Positions 28,697 through 37,874 of a stretch of DNA of 64,000 bases are shown piece after piece. Each line of letters opens with the position of its first letter. Positions within the stretch are counted from its first letter, which is position 1. The position numbers and the translations under genes are program-made. Source of the stretch: Hydrogenophaga sp. Lineage in GTDB: Bacteria > Pseudomonadota > Gammaproteobacteria > Burkholderiales > Burkholderiaceae_C. Location of the stretch: NCBI RefSeq assembly GCF_030656115.1, contig NZ_JAUSOO010000037.1:19025-83024 (forward strand). The letters run 5' to 3'. Under the pieces are notes generated by a model. It ran no database searches. It had not been told where the DNA came from and saw nothing but the letters and a program-made list of their open reading frames with translations.

Positions 28697-29596
28697 TCAG
28701 CGCCCCGATCCGCCCATGCCCTGGCCCAAACGCTCGCTCATCCAGCGCAGCAGGTCGATCCACATCTGGCGCATTTCGGCGTCTGACGGCGTGACCAGCG
28801 CGCTGGTGAGTTCAATGGTGACCACCGGCATGCCTTTGTGCACGCCACCGTAGTTGCCCAGACTGCCCGGAAAAATGCCCACCTGGTCGAGGTACAGCCG
28901 GCCCAGCTGGGGTGGCGGCACGCCGGGGCCGTCAAAGTCGAGCATGCCATAGGGCGCATGGATGCTGACGATCAAATCGGGTTGAAAGCGTTGCATCTCG
29001 TCGTGCAGGTATTTCGATTCGGGCTCCGAGAGTGGGCTGGGACCGGGCCAGCGGCGCGGGTCTTTTTTGGTGCGTTGCTCCCAGTACACCTTGGCATCGC
29101 GCGCCCAGTTGGGTGTGGGAAAGTTGCGGTTCAGGTCCACGCCGCGGGCGTTCATGCGCCGGGCCGGGCGGGCCATCAGGCCGTCGGGGTTGAGCGCGGG
29201 AATGAAGCGCCAGTGCGCGTTGGACGGTGTTTCGGTGGCGCGCTGAATCCAGTGCAGCGCCAGCGAGGCCGACGACAGCTCGTCGCCGTGCATGGCACCC
29301 ACCACCAGCACGCGCAGCTTGGCATCGGACGCCACCACGTCGCGGTGGTACAGGGTGCGGCCCTGCACCGAACGGCCCACGGTGGGCTTGAGCTGGGCCG
29401 CTGTGCACAAAGACGCCGTCACATGGGGCAAGCGGGCCACCCACTCGCGGCACGGGCCGCTGCCCGGCACATCGGCCAAAGGATGGCCGGGCCCACGGGG
29501 CATGGGCGACAGGGCCAGGGCCGGTGTCAGCCAGGCCAGGGCCAGGGCCCACAGCGCCAGGCGCCAGGGAAATCGGGGCATGAAAGTTCCAAACAT
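28697..29596 (-). CDS. M14 family zinc carboxypeptidase, murein peptide amidase A (MpaA)-like
   Basis: HGDE, RMNARGVDLNRNFP, SIHAP motifs; N-terminal signal peptide. Confidence 0.85.
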   Translation of the reverse strand: MFGTFMPRFPWRLALWALALAWLTPALALSPMPRGPGHPLADVPGSGPCREWVARLPHVTASLCTAAQLKPTVGRSVQGRTLYHRDVVASDAKLRVLVVGAMHGDELSSASLALHWIQRATETPSNAHWRFIPALNPDGLMARPARRMNARGVDLNRNFPTPNWARDAKVYWEQRTKKDPRRWPGPSPLSEPESKYLHDEMQRFQPDLIVSIHAPYGMLDFDGPGVPPPQLGRLYLDQVGIFPGSLGNYGGVHKGMPVVTIELTSALVTPSDAEMRQMWIDLLRWMSERLGQGMGGSGR

Positions 29597-29777
29597 GCCG
29601 GCATTCTAGGAGCCCGCCTGGGCAGCGTTTTTTCGCGAACCCGACACAGAGTGAGCCATCAACCGCTGGCTCAGAGTCGGTGAGTTTTTCAGGCGTGCCT
29701 CATCCAGGCGTACAGCGCAGCCATTGCCGGGCTGGGGCTTGCGGCCCCAGGGGACCGGAGCTGCCACCGCAACCGCT

Positions 29778-31046
29778 TCAAGCGTCTTTCTCGCCCGCCT
29801 CGTACAGCGTCTCGCGGCCCATGCGGTCCAGAATCAGCTCGGCCGTCCAGGGCAGCATGAGGGCGCCGCAGCGGCTGTCGCGGTACAGGCGCTCCAGCGG
29901 CAGGTGCTTGAGCATGCTCTGGCCGCCGCAGGTGCGGATGGCCAGGCGGGCGATGTCGTTGGCGCCTTCCATGACGCTGTAGTGCGCGGCGTACAGGCGC
30001 AGCTTTTCGTCTTTGCTGGGGTTGGGCTTGGCCTCGGCAATGGCGCGGGCAAAGATGCTCTTCATGTTCTCCAGCTGGATGCGCATTTGCGCCACCGTGA
30101 TCTGTTTGGTGGGGAACTGGCGGCGCTTGATGGGCGGCTCGCCCTCCACTTCACCGCGCAGGTACTTCACGGTGAAGTCGTAGGCCGCGTTGGCCAGGCC
30201 CAGGTAGGTGGGCGAGAGCGTGAAGAACATGGCGGGCCAGGTTTGCGCGCCTTTGAAATAGATGCCGCGCGGCATGAGCTGTTCGGCGTCGCTCACGAAC
30301 ACGTCTTTGAACGCCAGGTTGCGGCTCACCGTGCCGCGCATGCCCAGCGGGTCCCAGTCGCCGCTGATGCTGAAACCGGCCGCCGTGGCGGGCACGCTGA
30401 TGTAGAGCGTATCGCGCGCGTCGGGGTGCTGGTCGCCCTTGTCTTCGGTGCAGAGCACGCCGTAATAGTCGGCCGCGCCGGAGAGGCTGGCCCAGATTTT
30501 CCGGCCGTTGACGAGCCAGCCACCGTCCACTTTTTTGGCGGTGGTGCCGAAGGGCGCGCGCCCGGCGGCGGCGGCCGTGCCTTCGCTGAAGGGCTGGGCG
30601 TAGATGGCGCCGTCGTTCACGATGCGCTTGAAATGCAGTTCGCGCCGGGCCAGGTGCTCAGTGCGCTGCTCGTCGGTCATGTCAATGCCGTCGGCCAGCA
30701 CACCGGTCCATAGGGTGCTGCAGATGTGCATGTTCCAGGTGAGCGCGGTGGCGCCGCAGAAGCGGCCGATTTCGGCGGCCACCATCATGTAGGTGGTGTA
30801 GTCGGCGCCCAGGCCGCCGTGGGCGGTGGGCACGCAGAGTTTCAGAAAACCGGCGTCGCGCAGGTCGTCGTAGTTGGCGAACGGAAAGCTGGCCTCGCGG
30901 TCCCACTGCGGGGCGCGGGCGGCAAACTGGTCGCGACCCAGGGCGTGCGCCTGGGCCAACAGCTCGCGTTGCAGCGGGGTGAAGGGCATGTCGCCCACGG
31001 CGGGGGTGAAGTCCAGGCCGGTGGTCGGGTTGATGGGCTGGTTCAT
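29778..31046 (-). CDS. Acyl-CoA dehydrogenase family protein (possibly a flavin-dependent monooxygenase component)
   Basis: PFSEG, VNGRKIWASLSG, WDPLGMRGTVS, GGQSMLKHLPLERLYRDSR. Confidence 0.85.
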   Translation of the reverse strand: MNQPINPTTGLDFTPAVGDMPFTPLQRELLAQAHALGRDQFAARAPQWDREASFPFANYDDLRDAGFLKLCVPTAHGGLGADYTTYMMVAAEIGRFCGATALTWNMHICSTLWTGVLADGIDMTDEQRTEHLARRELHFKRIVNDGAIYAQPFSEGTAAAAGRAPFGTTAKKVDGGWLVNGRKIWASLSGAADYYGVLCTEDKGDQHPDARDTLYISVPATAAGFSISGDWDPLGMRGTVSRNLAFKDVFVSDAEQLMPRGIYFKGAQTWPAMFFTLSPTYLGLANAAYDFTVKYLRGEVEGEPPIKRRQFPTKQITVAQMRIQLENMKSIFARAIAEAKPNPSKDEKLRLYAAHYSVMEGANDIARLAIRTCGGQSMLKHLPLERLYRDSRCGALMLPWTAELILDRMGRETLYEAGEKDA

Positions 31047-31075
31047 GGGGCTTGTCTCCTCGGGTTCGGGTGTGG

Positions 31076-31888
31076 TCAGTGGGTGTCTGGCAGCGGCTTG
31101 GGCGTGGGCTCGCGCAGAAAGTCGAGCAGCAGCGCATCAAACTCGTCGGGCGCTTCCAGGTTCATCAGGTGGCCGATGCCGGCGAGTTCGGCGTAGCGCG
31201 CGCGCGGGATCGCCGCCGCCATCTGGCGCATCACGGCGGGCGCGGCCACGCGGTCGAACTCGCCGCCGATCAGCAGCGTGGGCACGCGGATGTGGGCCAG
31301 ATCGGCCTGCCGGTCGAACGTGACCAGGCATTCCAGCGCACGCCGGTAGGTGGCTGCGGGCACGCTGGCCATGCAGTGCTCGGCCAGCTTCAGCCCCTCG
31401 GGCAGCGAGCCGGGGCCGACCATCTGCGGCACCAGCCGGGCGGCCATGTCGGCCATGGTCTGGCCCGCGTCCAGCGGCGCGGTGCGCTGGGCAATGAACT
31501 GCTGCGCCCAGGCCTCGGCGCTGCGCCCGTCGGTGCGCTTGCCGAACGCGGCCGAAGTGCCGCACAAGATGAGCTTGTTCACTTTGTCCGGGCGGCGGGC
31601 GATGACTTCTTGCGCCACCATGCCGCCCATGCTGTGGCCCAACAACGTCACGTTGTCGCACTGCAAGGCGTCGATCAAGTCCACGCAGCGCTGCGCCAGG
31701 CCTTTGAAGCCGTACGGCTCAATGGGCGCGCTGCGGCCATAGCCGGGCATGTCCCAGGCCACGGCGCGAAAGCCCAGGCTGGCCAGCGTTTCCACCTGCG
31801 GCGCAAAGGCGCGGTGACCGCCGCCAATGCCGTGCAGCATGAGCACGGTGGGGCCACTGCCCAGGGTGGTGAATTTGGGCAAAGTCAT
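31076..31888 (-). CDS. Alpha/beta hydrolase
   Basis: LHGIGG, WDMPGYGRS, GHSMGG nucleophile elbow, GEFD, GHLMNLE. Confidence 0.9.
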   Translation of the reverse strand: MTLPKFTTLGSGPTVLMLHGIGGGHRAFAPQVETLASLGFRAVAWDMPGYGRSAPIEPYGFKGLAQRCVDLIDALQCDNVTLLGHSMGGMVAQEVIARRPDKVNKLILCGTSAAFGKRTDGRSAEAWAQQFIAQRTAPLDAGQTMADMAARLVPQMVGPGSLPEGLKLAEHCMASVPAATYRRALECLVTFDRQADLAHIRVPTLLIGGEFDRVAAPAVMRQMAAAIPRARYAELAGIGHLMNLEAPDEFDALLLDFLREPTPKPLPDTH

Positions 31889-31991
31889 AAGGCCCCCTTG
31901 CGTTCCGGGCTTCCGCCCGGCCCGGGGCTGGTCGCTTCGCGTACTGCGCTGCCCCCCGAGGGGGCTGGCCTTGCTTGGGGCGGCCCGGCGC
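31889..31991. repeat. Intercistronic structured repeat element, copy 1
   Basis: CCCCCCGAGGGGG hairpin and TGGGGCGGCCCGGCGC tail; related copy at 59796-59868. Confidence 0.6.
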
Positions 31992-32000
31992 GGCGGCTGG

Positions 32001-33053
32001 TCATGCTGCCACCACCCGGCCCGCGTCCACCACCACCGTGCCGTCCAGCGTCACGGTGCAGCCGCGCAGGGGCCAGTCGAAATGGCCGCGGGTGTAGCGG
32101 CCGGCGGTTTCGTTGGCGCCGGTGCTGTAGAGAAAGTTGCCGGCAAAAGCGCGCAGTTCGGTGCCGTTGAAGTCGCGCTTGTCGTACAGCGCCATGCTGT
32201 CCCAGCGCGCGGCGTCGTTCAGGCCGTAACCCACGTGCGACACGGCGTAGGCCTCTGGCTCGTCCCAGGCGGCGAAGTGCGAGCGCAGCAACTCGGCGTC
32301 CACGCCCGTGCCGTCGATCCGGGTCACGTAGTCGTTTTCAATCGTCAAGGTGATGGCGCGTTCGATGTAGCGCTTGAAGGTCAGGTTCACGTCGCCTTCG
32401 GCCAGCACCAGGGTGCCGTTCACGCTGCCCGCCGCCGGGAACGCCAGCACCAGGCCGCCGGGCCAGTGGGTGAGCGTGCCGGGGCGGGTGGTGCTGCCCC
32501 AGTTGCCGCCAGCCACCGCGCCGGGCAGTGCGATCGACAGGTCGGTGCCCGCCGGCGAGGTCACGCGCATGGCCTGGGCCGCGCGCAGGCGTTTCACATG
32601 CGCTTTCACGCGGGCTTCGGTGGCGTCGTCGGGCAGCAGCCGGGCCAGCGCTTCGGGGTGTTCGTTGCTGATGTACACCACGCGCGGCTGGGTGATGCCG
32701 TTGCCCTGCAAAATGGCGGGCAGCTCGGGCGCGTGCATGAGGCCCTCCACCGTGCAGTCCACCACCAGGGTGCAGGCGGCCAGCGCGGCCACCACCGGCG
32801 CCAGTTGCTGAATGGCGGGCGTGGCGCCGGTGGAGCGCGTCACCGGCTCACCGGCGCTGAACACCGAGGGCAGCGTGAGCGTGAAACTGTAGGCGCCCAC
32901 CCGGGCCACGGCCAGGCGCGCCAATTCCATCAGCACCGGGCGGCTTTGGGTTTCACCGAGAATGGCAACGGTGTCACCGGGTTGCAACGCACAGCGGCAC
33001 AACACGGTCTCAAACGCATCGATCCAGGCGGGTTCGGTCCGCTCTTGCAACAT
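32001..33053 (-). CDS. NicX-family (2,5-dihydroxypyridine 5,6-dioxygenase-like; often annotated M29/leucyl aminopeptidase) protein
   Basis: LMHAPE, HWPGG, SHVGYGL, RAFAGNFLYSTGANE and GHFDWPLRGC match NicX motifs recalled from P. putida, including the His/His-x-Asp iron ligands. Confidence 0.8.
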   Translation of the reverse strand: MLQERTEPAWIDAFETVLCRCALQPGDTVAILGETQSRPVLMELARLAVARVGAYSFTLTLPSVFSAGEPVTRSTGATPAIQQLAPVVAALAACTLVVDCTVEGLMHAPELPAILQGNGITQPRVVYISNEHPEALARLLPDDATEARVKAHVKRLRAAQAMRVTSPAGTDLSIALPGAVAGGNWGSTTRPGTLTHWPGGLVLAFPAAGSVNGTLVLAEGDVNLTFKRYIERAITLTIENDYVTRIDGTGVDAELLRSHFAAWDEPEAYAVSHVGYGLNDAARWDSMALYDKRDFNGTELRAFAGNFLYSTGANETAGRYTRGHFDWPLRGCTVTLDGTVVVDAGRVVAA

Positions 33054-33174
33054 AAAAGGCTCCTTGAGAAATGCACGCCCCACGCACCGGAGCGTTGACC
33101 GGGTGGTGCCCCGCTGGCTTGATGCCGGGCAGGACACCGCCTATTATTGATGAATTTTCATATAAATAACACCC

Positions 33175-33696
33175 ATGTCCCCTGCCCGTTCTGCCGGCCA
33201 CCAGGCCCGACCCCCCGACTTTTCATCGCGCGAATTCCGTGCCTCGCTGGGCATGTTTGCCACCGGCGTCACCATCGTCACGGCGCGCACCGCGGCGGGT
33301 GAGCTGGTGGGCCTGACCGCGAATTCGTTCAACTCGGTCTCGCTGGCCCCGCCGCTGGTGCTCTGGAGCCTCGGCCGCGCGGCGGGCTCCATGGCCGCGT
33401 TTTCCAACGGCAGGCACTACGCCATCAACGTGCTGGCGGCCGACCAGCAAGCCCTGGCCGAGCAGTTCGCCGCCAAGGGCACCGACCGCTGGGCCGGCGT
33501 GGCGTTCACCGAAGGCATCAGCGGCGCACCGCTGCTGGCCGGCGCGGCCGCCACGTTTGAATGCTTCAACCGCAGCCAGTACGCCGAGGGCGACCACGTG
33601 ATTTTTGTGGGCGAAGTGGAGCGCTGCGCCCACCGCGCCGAGGCGTCGCCCCTGCTGTACCACGGCGGCAAGTTCTACACCGAGCACCCCCTCTGA
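33175..33696 (+). CDS. Flavin reductase (HpaC-like)
   Basis: FRASLGMFATGVTIVT, TANSFNSVSLAPPLVLWS, GDHVIFVGEV, PLLYHGG. Confidence 0.93.
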   Translation: MSPARSAGHQARPPDFSSREFRASLGMFATGVTIVTARTAAGELVGLTANSFNSVSLAPPLVLWSLGRAAGSMAAFSNGRHYAINVLAADQQALAEQFAAKGTDRWAGVAFTEGISGAPLLAGAAATFECFNRSQYAEGDHVIFVGEVERCAHRAEASPLLYHGGKFYTEHPL

Positions 33697-33725
33697 ACAT
33701 GGCCATTCTCCGAAACGCGCGCAGT

Positions 33726-33842
33726 GCCCCCATCCCCACCTGCCCCCAGCGGGGGACGGGGTCAGACATCCTCACGGTCAAACGCCTGGGTGCGCACATG
33801 TCTTGGCTCCCTCCCCCGCTGGGGGAGGGCTGGGGTGGGGGC
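33726..33842. repeat. Inverted pair of 36-bp REP-like palindromes
   Basis: GCCCCCATCCCCACCTGCCCCCAGCGGGGGACGGGG (33726-33761) and the reverse complement of 33807-33842, GCCCCCACCCCAGCCCTCCCCCAGCGGGGGAGGGAG. Confidence 0.8.
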
Positions 33843-33895
33843 CTGCGTCACCAGACGGCGGTTGATCGTGATGTGTTTTGGCGGCCCTTTTCAAA

Positions 33896-34354
33896 ATGAG
33901 GATGGCCGCTCTGAACTCGCCCCCTACCAGCAGCCCCCGCTTTGTGGACGACTACCTGGGCTACCTGCTGGGCCAGGCCAACCACGCGCTGTTCAAAGAC
34001 TTTGAGGCCGTGGTGCGCGCTGCCGGGCTGGGCTCGCTGGAATGGCGCGTGCTGGCCACACTGAGCGGCCAGGCGCCCATGCCCGTGGGCCAGTTGGCGC
34101 ACGAGGTGCTGAGCCAGCAACCCACCGTCACCAAACTGCTGCAGCGCCTGAGCGCGCAAGGCTGGGTGCACCTGAGCGACGACCCGCAAGACCAACGCCG
34201 CACGCTGGTGGCCATCACCGCCGAGGGGCTCGACAAAGTGCTCCCCCTGATGGCGCAAGCGCGCGAACACGAAGCCCAGACCCTCAGCGGCCTGAGCGCC
34301 GCCGAGGTGCGGCAACTCAAAAACCAGTTGCGCCGCCTCGCCCGCGCGGGTTGA
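33896..34354 (+). CDS. MarR family transcriptional regulator
   Basis: YLGYLLGQAN, EWRVLATL, QPTVTKLLQRL, DQRRTLVAIT. Start codon uncertain (33896 or 33902). Confidence 0.88.
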   Translation: MRMAALNSPPTSSPRFVDDYLGYLLGQANHALFKDFEAVVRAAGLGSLEWRVLATLSGQAPMPVGQLAHEVLSQQPTVTKLLQRLSAQGWVHLSDDPQDQRRTLVAITAEGLDKVLPLMAQAREHEAQTLSGLSAAEVRQLKNQLRRLARAG

Positions 34355-34426
34355 GCGCCCAACGCCCGCTCATGGCGTTCCCGCCAGCGACAGCCTGCGC
34401 CGGGCGCGCCGCCTACCATTGCAGCC

Positions 34427-35329
34427 ATGACCGCCGTTCAACGCAAAGACCACCTCGACACCTTCGCCATCACCCTGCTGGTGGCGTGCTGCGCCTTCTG
34501 GGGCTTCCAGCAAATTCTCATCAAATTCGCCAGCCGCGAAATACCCCCGCTGTGGCAAGCCTCCATCCGCATGTGGGGCGCCACCGCCCTGCTCTGGCTG
34601 TGGTGCCAATACCGGGGCGTGCCGCTGTTCAAACGCGACGGCACGCTCTGGGGCGGCCTGCTGGTGGGCCTGCTGTTTGCGGGCGAGTTTTGCTTCATCT
34701 ACCTGGGCCTGCAGCACACCAGCGCCTCGCGCCTCACGGTGTTTTTGTACACCAGCCCGTTCTGGGTGGCGCTGCTGCTGCCGCGCTTTGTGGCCGCCGA
34801 AAAGCTGCGCCGCATCCAGTGGGTGGGCCTGTGTGTGGCCTTTGGCGCGGTGGCCGTGGCCTTCAGCGAAGGGTTTATGCACAGTTCCCCCGTGGCCGGG
34901 CAGTGGATGGGCGACGCCATGGGCCTGGCCGCCGGCATGCTCTGGGGCCTGACCACGCTGGCCATTCGCACCACCAAAATTGCCACCGTTTCAGCAGAAA
35001 AATCGCTGTTTTACCAACTCGGCGTCACCGCGGCCGTCACGCCCTTGCTGTCGCTCGCACTCGGCGAAACCTGGAGCTTGAATTATTCCGCCTTGGCCTG
35101 GGGCTCGATTTTTTTACAAACCGCCGTGGGCGCCTTCGCCAGCTACCTGGCCTGGATGTGGATGCTGCGCCACTACCCGGCCACGCAAATGGCCACCTTC
35201 ACCTTTTTGACGCCGGTGTTTGCGCTGGTGTTCGGCGTGGTGCTGCTGAGCGAGCCGCTCACGCTGCAACTGGTGCTGGCGCTGCTGGGCGTGGCGGCGG
35301 GGATTGTGTTGGTTAGTCGGAAGGGGTGA
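34427..35329 (+). CDS. DMT/EamA family transporter
   Basis: About 10 TM helices in two EamA repeats. Confidence 0.9.
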   Translation: MTAVQRKDHLDTFAITLLVACCAFWGFQQILIKFASREIPPLWQASIRMWGATALLWLWCQYRGVPLFKRDGTLWGGLLVGLLFAGEFCFIYLGLQHTSASRLTVFLYTSPFWVALLLPRFVAAEKLRRIQWVGLCVAFGAVAVAFSEGFMHSSPVAGQWMGDAMGLAAGMLWGLTTLAIRTTKIATVSAEKSLFYQLGVTAAVTPLLSLALGETWSLNYSALAWGSIFLQTAVGAFASYLAWMWMLRHYPATQMATFTFLTPVFALVFGVVLLSEPLTLQLVLALLGVAAGIVLVSRKG

Positions 35330-35370
35330 GGTGTTTGACGCATGCGCCTGCGTGGCGGCAGATATAGGCT

Positions 35371-35771
35371 GTTATGCGCAGGCCTCGGTTATGAACAGTT
35401 GCCGAGATCGATTGAGCTGAGTGCTTTGATTTGTCTATGCCACTGACAGCAGCAGCCCTGGTGAACTGGACATAAGCTCGGTGCTGCGGCAAGACTGGTG
35501 ATCACATATTTGAAGATCACAGCACACCGTGCGTCACTCGACAACAATGCATCTTGGTTGCAGTCGGGCGTGGACATCAGCGGGATCACGCTGTGGCTCA
35601 GCCACTGGTGTCCGACGATGACCCAGCGGTACATCGAAGCCGATCACGCGATGAAGGAGAAGGCGCTGTCCCGGCTGTAGTATCCCGGCGTCGTCGCATG
35701 CCGGTTCCGAGCAGATGACTCGCTCTTCGACTTCCTCAGGACCAACCTTTATGTAAATCTCTACATAAAGG
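35371..35771. mobile_element. Degenerate tyrosine-recombinase (RIT-like) element remnant
   Basis: Recombinase C-terminal fragment flanked by TTATG/CATAA inverted motifs (35388-35400 versus 35464-35476) and a perfect 10-bp inverted repeat CCTTTATGTA-N6-TACATAAAGG (35746-35771). Confidence 0.5.
35555..35743 (+). pseudogene. Tyrosine recombinase C-terminal fragment with an internal stop
   Basis: WLQSGVDISGITLWLSHWCPTMTQRYIEADHAMKEKALSRL*YPGVVACRFRADDSLFDFLRT; the rest of the gene is missing. Confidence 0.75.
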
Positions 35772-35858
35772 CTGATAGCAGCTCTTCAGGTTTCGGGAAG
35801 GAAAGGCAACAGATCCTGTTACTAGACATCGGGCTACTTAAGCGTGTTCACAATCCGA

Positions 35859-37850
35859 CTACTGGGTTTGCGAGGTGCTGCCGTAACCCTTGACAAGGCG
35901 TGGCGCCATTTCAGGAAAAAGCACGCTTATCACAGGGTCGTAGTGCGCAGGCCGCAGGTGTGTCTCGTCGCCTGAGTTCACCTTGTTGATGACGCCTTGC
36001 CGCCAGGAGGCATAGCGCTCGGCTTGCTTTGGGGTGAATTGGGCCTCCAATCTATAGGCCTTGACGCCCATGAGGTACAGCGAGTGCCACTGCTGGTGGC
36101 CGTGCGTGCTTTGCATGATGGCATTGAGCACTTGGTAACCGGTATTGAATGCATAGCCGATACCTCGATTGTGTTGGATCGACAGCAATCGCGAGATGAT
36201 GCCTGCCCCCCCCACCATCTCGGGGTCGGCGGCGCCCGGGTATCCGTGCGCAGCTAGGGCTTCTGCAGCTTCCACGAGTTGCAGCCAAGGCTTGCTGCTA
36301 TTCCCAAGTAGCTCGGGTTTCGGGTCAGGACCCCGATGTGCCCGCCGGGCTTTGTCGATGCGGGTGTTGGCGTCGTGGAACTCTGTGGCGGCGACAAGAT
36401 AAATTTTGGCCCATTCCGATGCCGGCGTCGCAAGCAAACGGGGACGCCTCAGTTCGGCGAGGCGCGCTTGAAACCGAACCGATACCGGATGCTGATCCAA
36501 TTCCGTTTCGAGTAGTTGGCGGCGCAACCGCAAGGCCGGGTGATGCAACCAGCGCTTGCCGATGGTTTCGTCTAATACCAAATGGCGTAGACCTTCCCGA
36601 GTTACGCGTCCGCCGAGCGAGCCTATGTCGATTTCCAGCGTCGGCATGTTGAGTTCTTGAATGCGACGCAGCTTCTCCTGATCGATGCCATGGGTTACTG
36701 TGACCTCAATCAGTAAGGTCCGTGGCCAGCTCTGGCTGCTGTGGGTGTCTTCGACCAACTCTTCGAAGGCATCATCGAGCCAGGTTTCGGTGACACCGAA
36801 GATAAAAGGCTGAGGTTCGCGGAGGGAACAGATCACGTCTGGGACGATGCTGCCCTTGTGTTGCTCCAACTGGATCTTCTCCAGCGACAGCATTGTGGAT
36901 TCTGTCCACCACTCAATTCGAAGGGTATTGCCTTCCCATTCGCCGCTGAACTCGTCCGGGGCATTGCGGATCACTTTGACTACGAGGCTGGGTGTCGCTA
37001 TTTGCGAAGCATGTGCCAGGATTCTCTTGACTTCGCTGTGCAACAGCGTCTCGCGACGTAATTGCTGGGCTACGGATGGCTCTAGGCCAGGGGGTAGTTG
37101 CTGTCGGAACTGTGCCTCTTCAATGTCCTCCCAGGCATCCATGGCTTCGCGAGCCAACTGCTGGGCCTGCACATTTGCGGCTGATTGCAATGCCATGTCG
37201 TCCCAATGCGCGCACCAGCGAATGTCCGGAAACAGACGAAGCCGCGCACGGATCTCGTCGGGCGACATCATCGCAATGGCGGGATCGGAAAGGAATAGCG
37301 TGACAATCGCCCGCCCCTGGCCATCGCTACCGGCAACTCGTTCCCCCGTGAGGTCGACTAGGAATTCACGACCATCGTCCAGCGTCAACAGTGCCGTAGC
37401 GTGGTCGTGGAGTACTGCGCTGATGATGGATACGCGCTCTGCGGGTTTCTCGGCCCACCCTTCATAGCCCTGACCGCTGAAGCCGATGGCGTTGGCGGAC
37501 ATCCGGCGTCTCGGCAGATCAATGAAGCCGCGATCCTGCAGGTGCCGGATCGCGGCCAGCCGAGCGGCAACTATGGTGCAGTCGTCCTTCTGCGCCCCCT
37601 TAGGATGGCGGAAATGCGCGGTGGGGTTCTTGCGCAACGGTTGCCCAGCCAACACTGGCGTCAGTGAGAGGTCGCATGCTGGACATTGGCATTCAGCGTT
37701 TCCATCGATGACTTCATGGTCGTGGATGTAGCGCGGCTCGCCGGTGCGCGCATCGTTCGCCCACGTCAGCGGCACTGTGTTCGCATCGGGCGTGGGACGA
37801 TCTGGTGCGGTATGGGTGTCTACCTGCCAGTTGCTAGATTTGTGTGTCAT
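35859..37850 (-). CDS. Hypothetical protein with CoiA-like Zn-ribbon N-terminus and a putative PD-(D/E)xK-type nuclease motif
   Basis: CQCPACD...AHFRH; IVPDVIC...LLIEVTVTH...EKLRRI...PTLEIDI. Codon usage differs from the core genes. Confidence 0.7.
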   Translation of the reverse strand: MTHKSSNWQVDTHTAPDRPTPDANTVPLTWANDARTGEPRYIHDHEVIDGNAECQCPACDLSLTPVLAGQPLRKNPTAHFRHPKGAQKDDCTIVAARLAAIRHLQDRGFIDLPRRRMSANAIGFSGQGYEGWAEKPAERVSIISAVLHDHATALLTLDDGREFLVDLTGERVAGSDGQGRAIVTLFLSDPAIAMMSPDEIRARLRLFPDIRWCAHWDDMALQSAANVQAQQLAREAMDAWEDIEEAQFRQQLPPGLEPSVAQQLRRETLLHSEVKRILAHASQIATPSLVVKVIRNAPDEFSGEWEGNTLRIEWWTESTMLSLEKIQLEQHKGSIVPDVICSLREPQPFIFGVTETWLDDAFEELVEDTHSSQSWPRTLLIEVTVTHGIDQEKLRRIQELNMPTLEIDIGSLGGRVTREGLRHLVLDETIGKRWLHHPALRLRRQLLETELDQHPVSVRFQARLAELRRPRLLATPASEWAKIYLVAATEFHDANTRIDKARRAHRGPDPKPELLGNSSKPWLQLVEAAEALAAHGYPGAADPEMVGGAGIISRLLSIQHNRGIGYAFNTGYQVLNAIMQSTHGHQQWHSLYLMGVKAYRLEAQFTPKQAERYASWRQGVINKVNSGDETHLRPAHYDPVISVLFPEMAPRLVKGYGSTSQTQ

Positions 37851-37874
37851 TGCCGCCTTTGCGCTGCCGATACA

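Noticed and set aside
35371-35400. GTTATGCG / GTTATGAA as integron attC core sites
   Set aside because: No upstream RYYTAAC inverse core, no attC stem and no intI; the motifs fit a recombinase-remnant end better.
35732-35771. dif-like site (TTATGTAAAT resembles a XerD arm)
   Set aside because: No XerC arm at the 6-bp spacing, and the inverted repeat orientation differs from dif.
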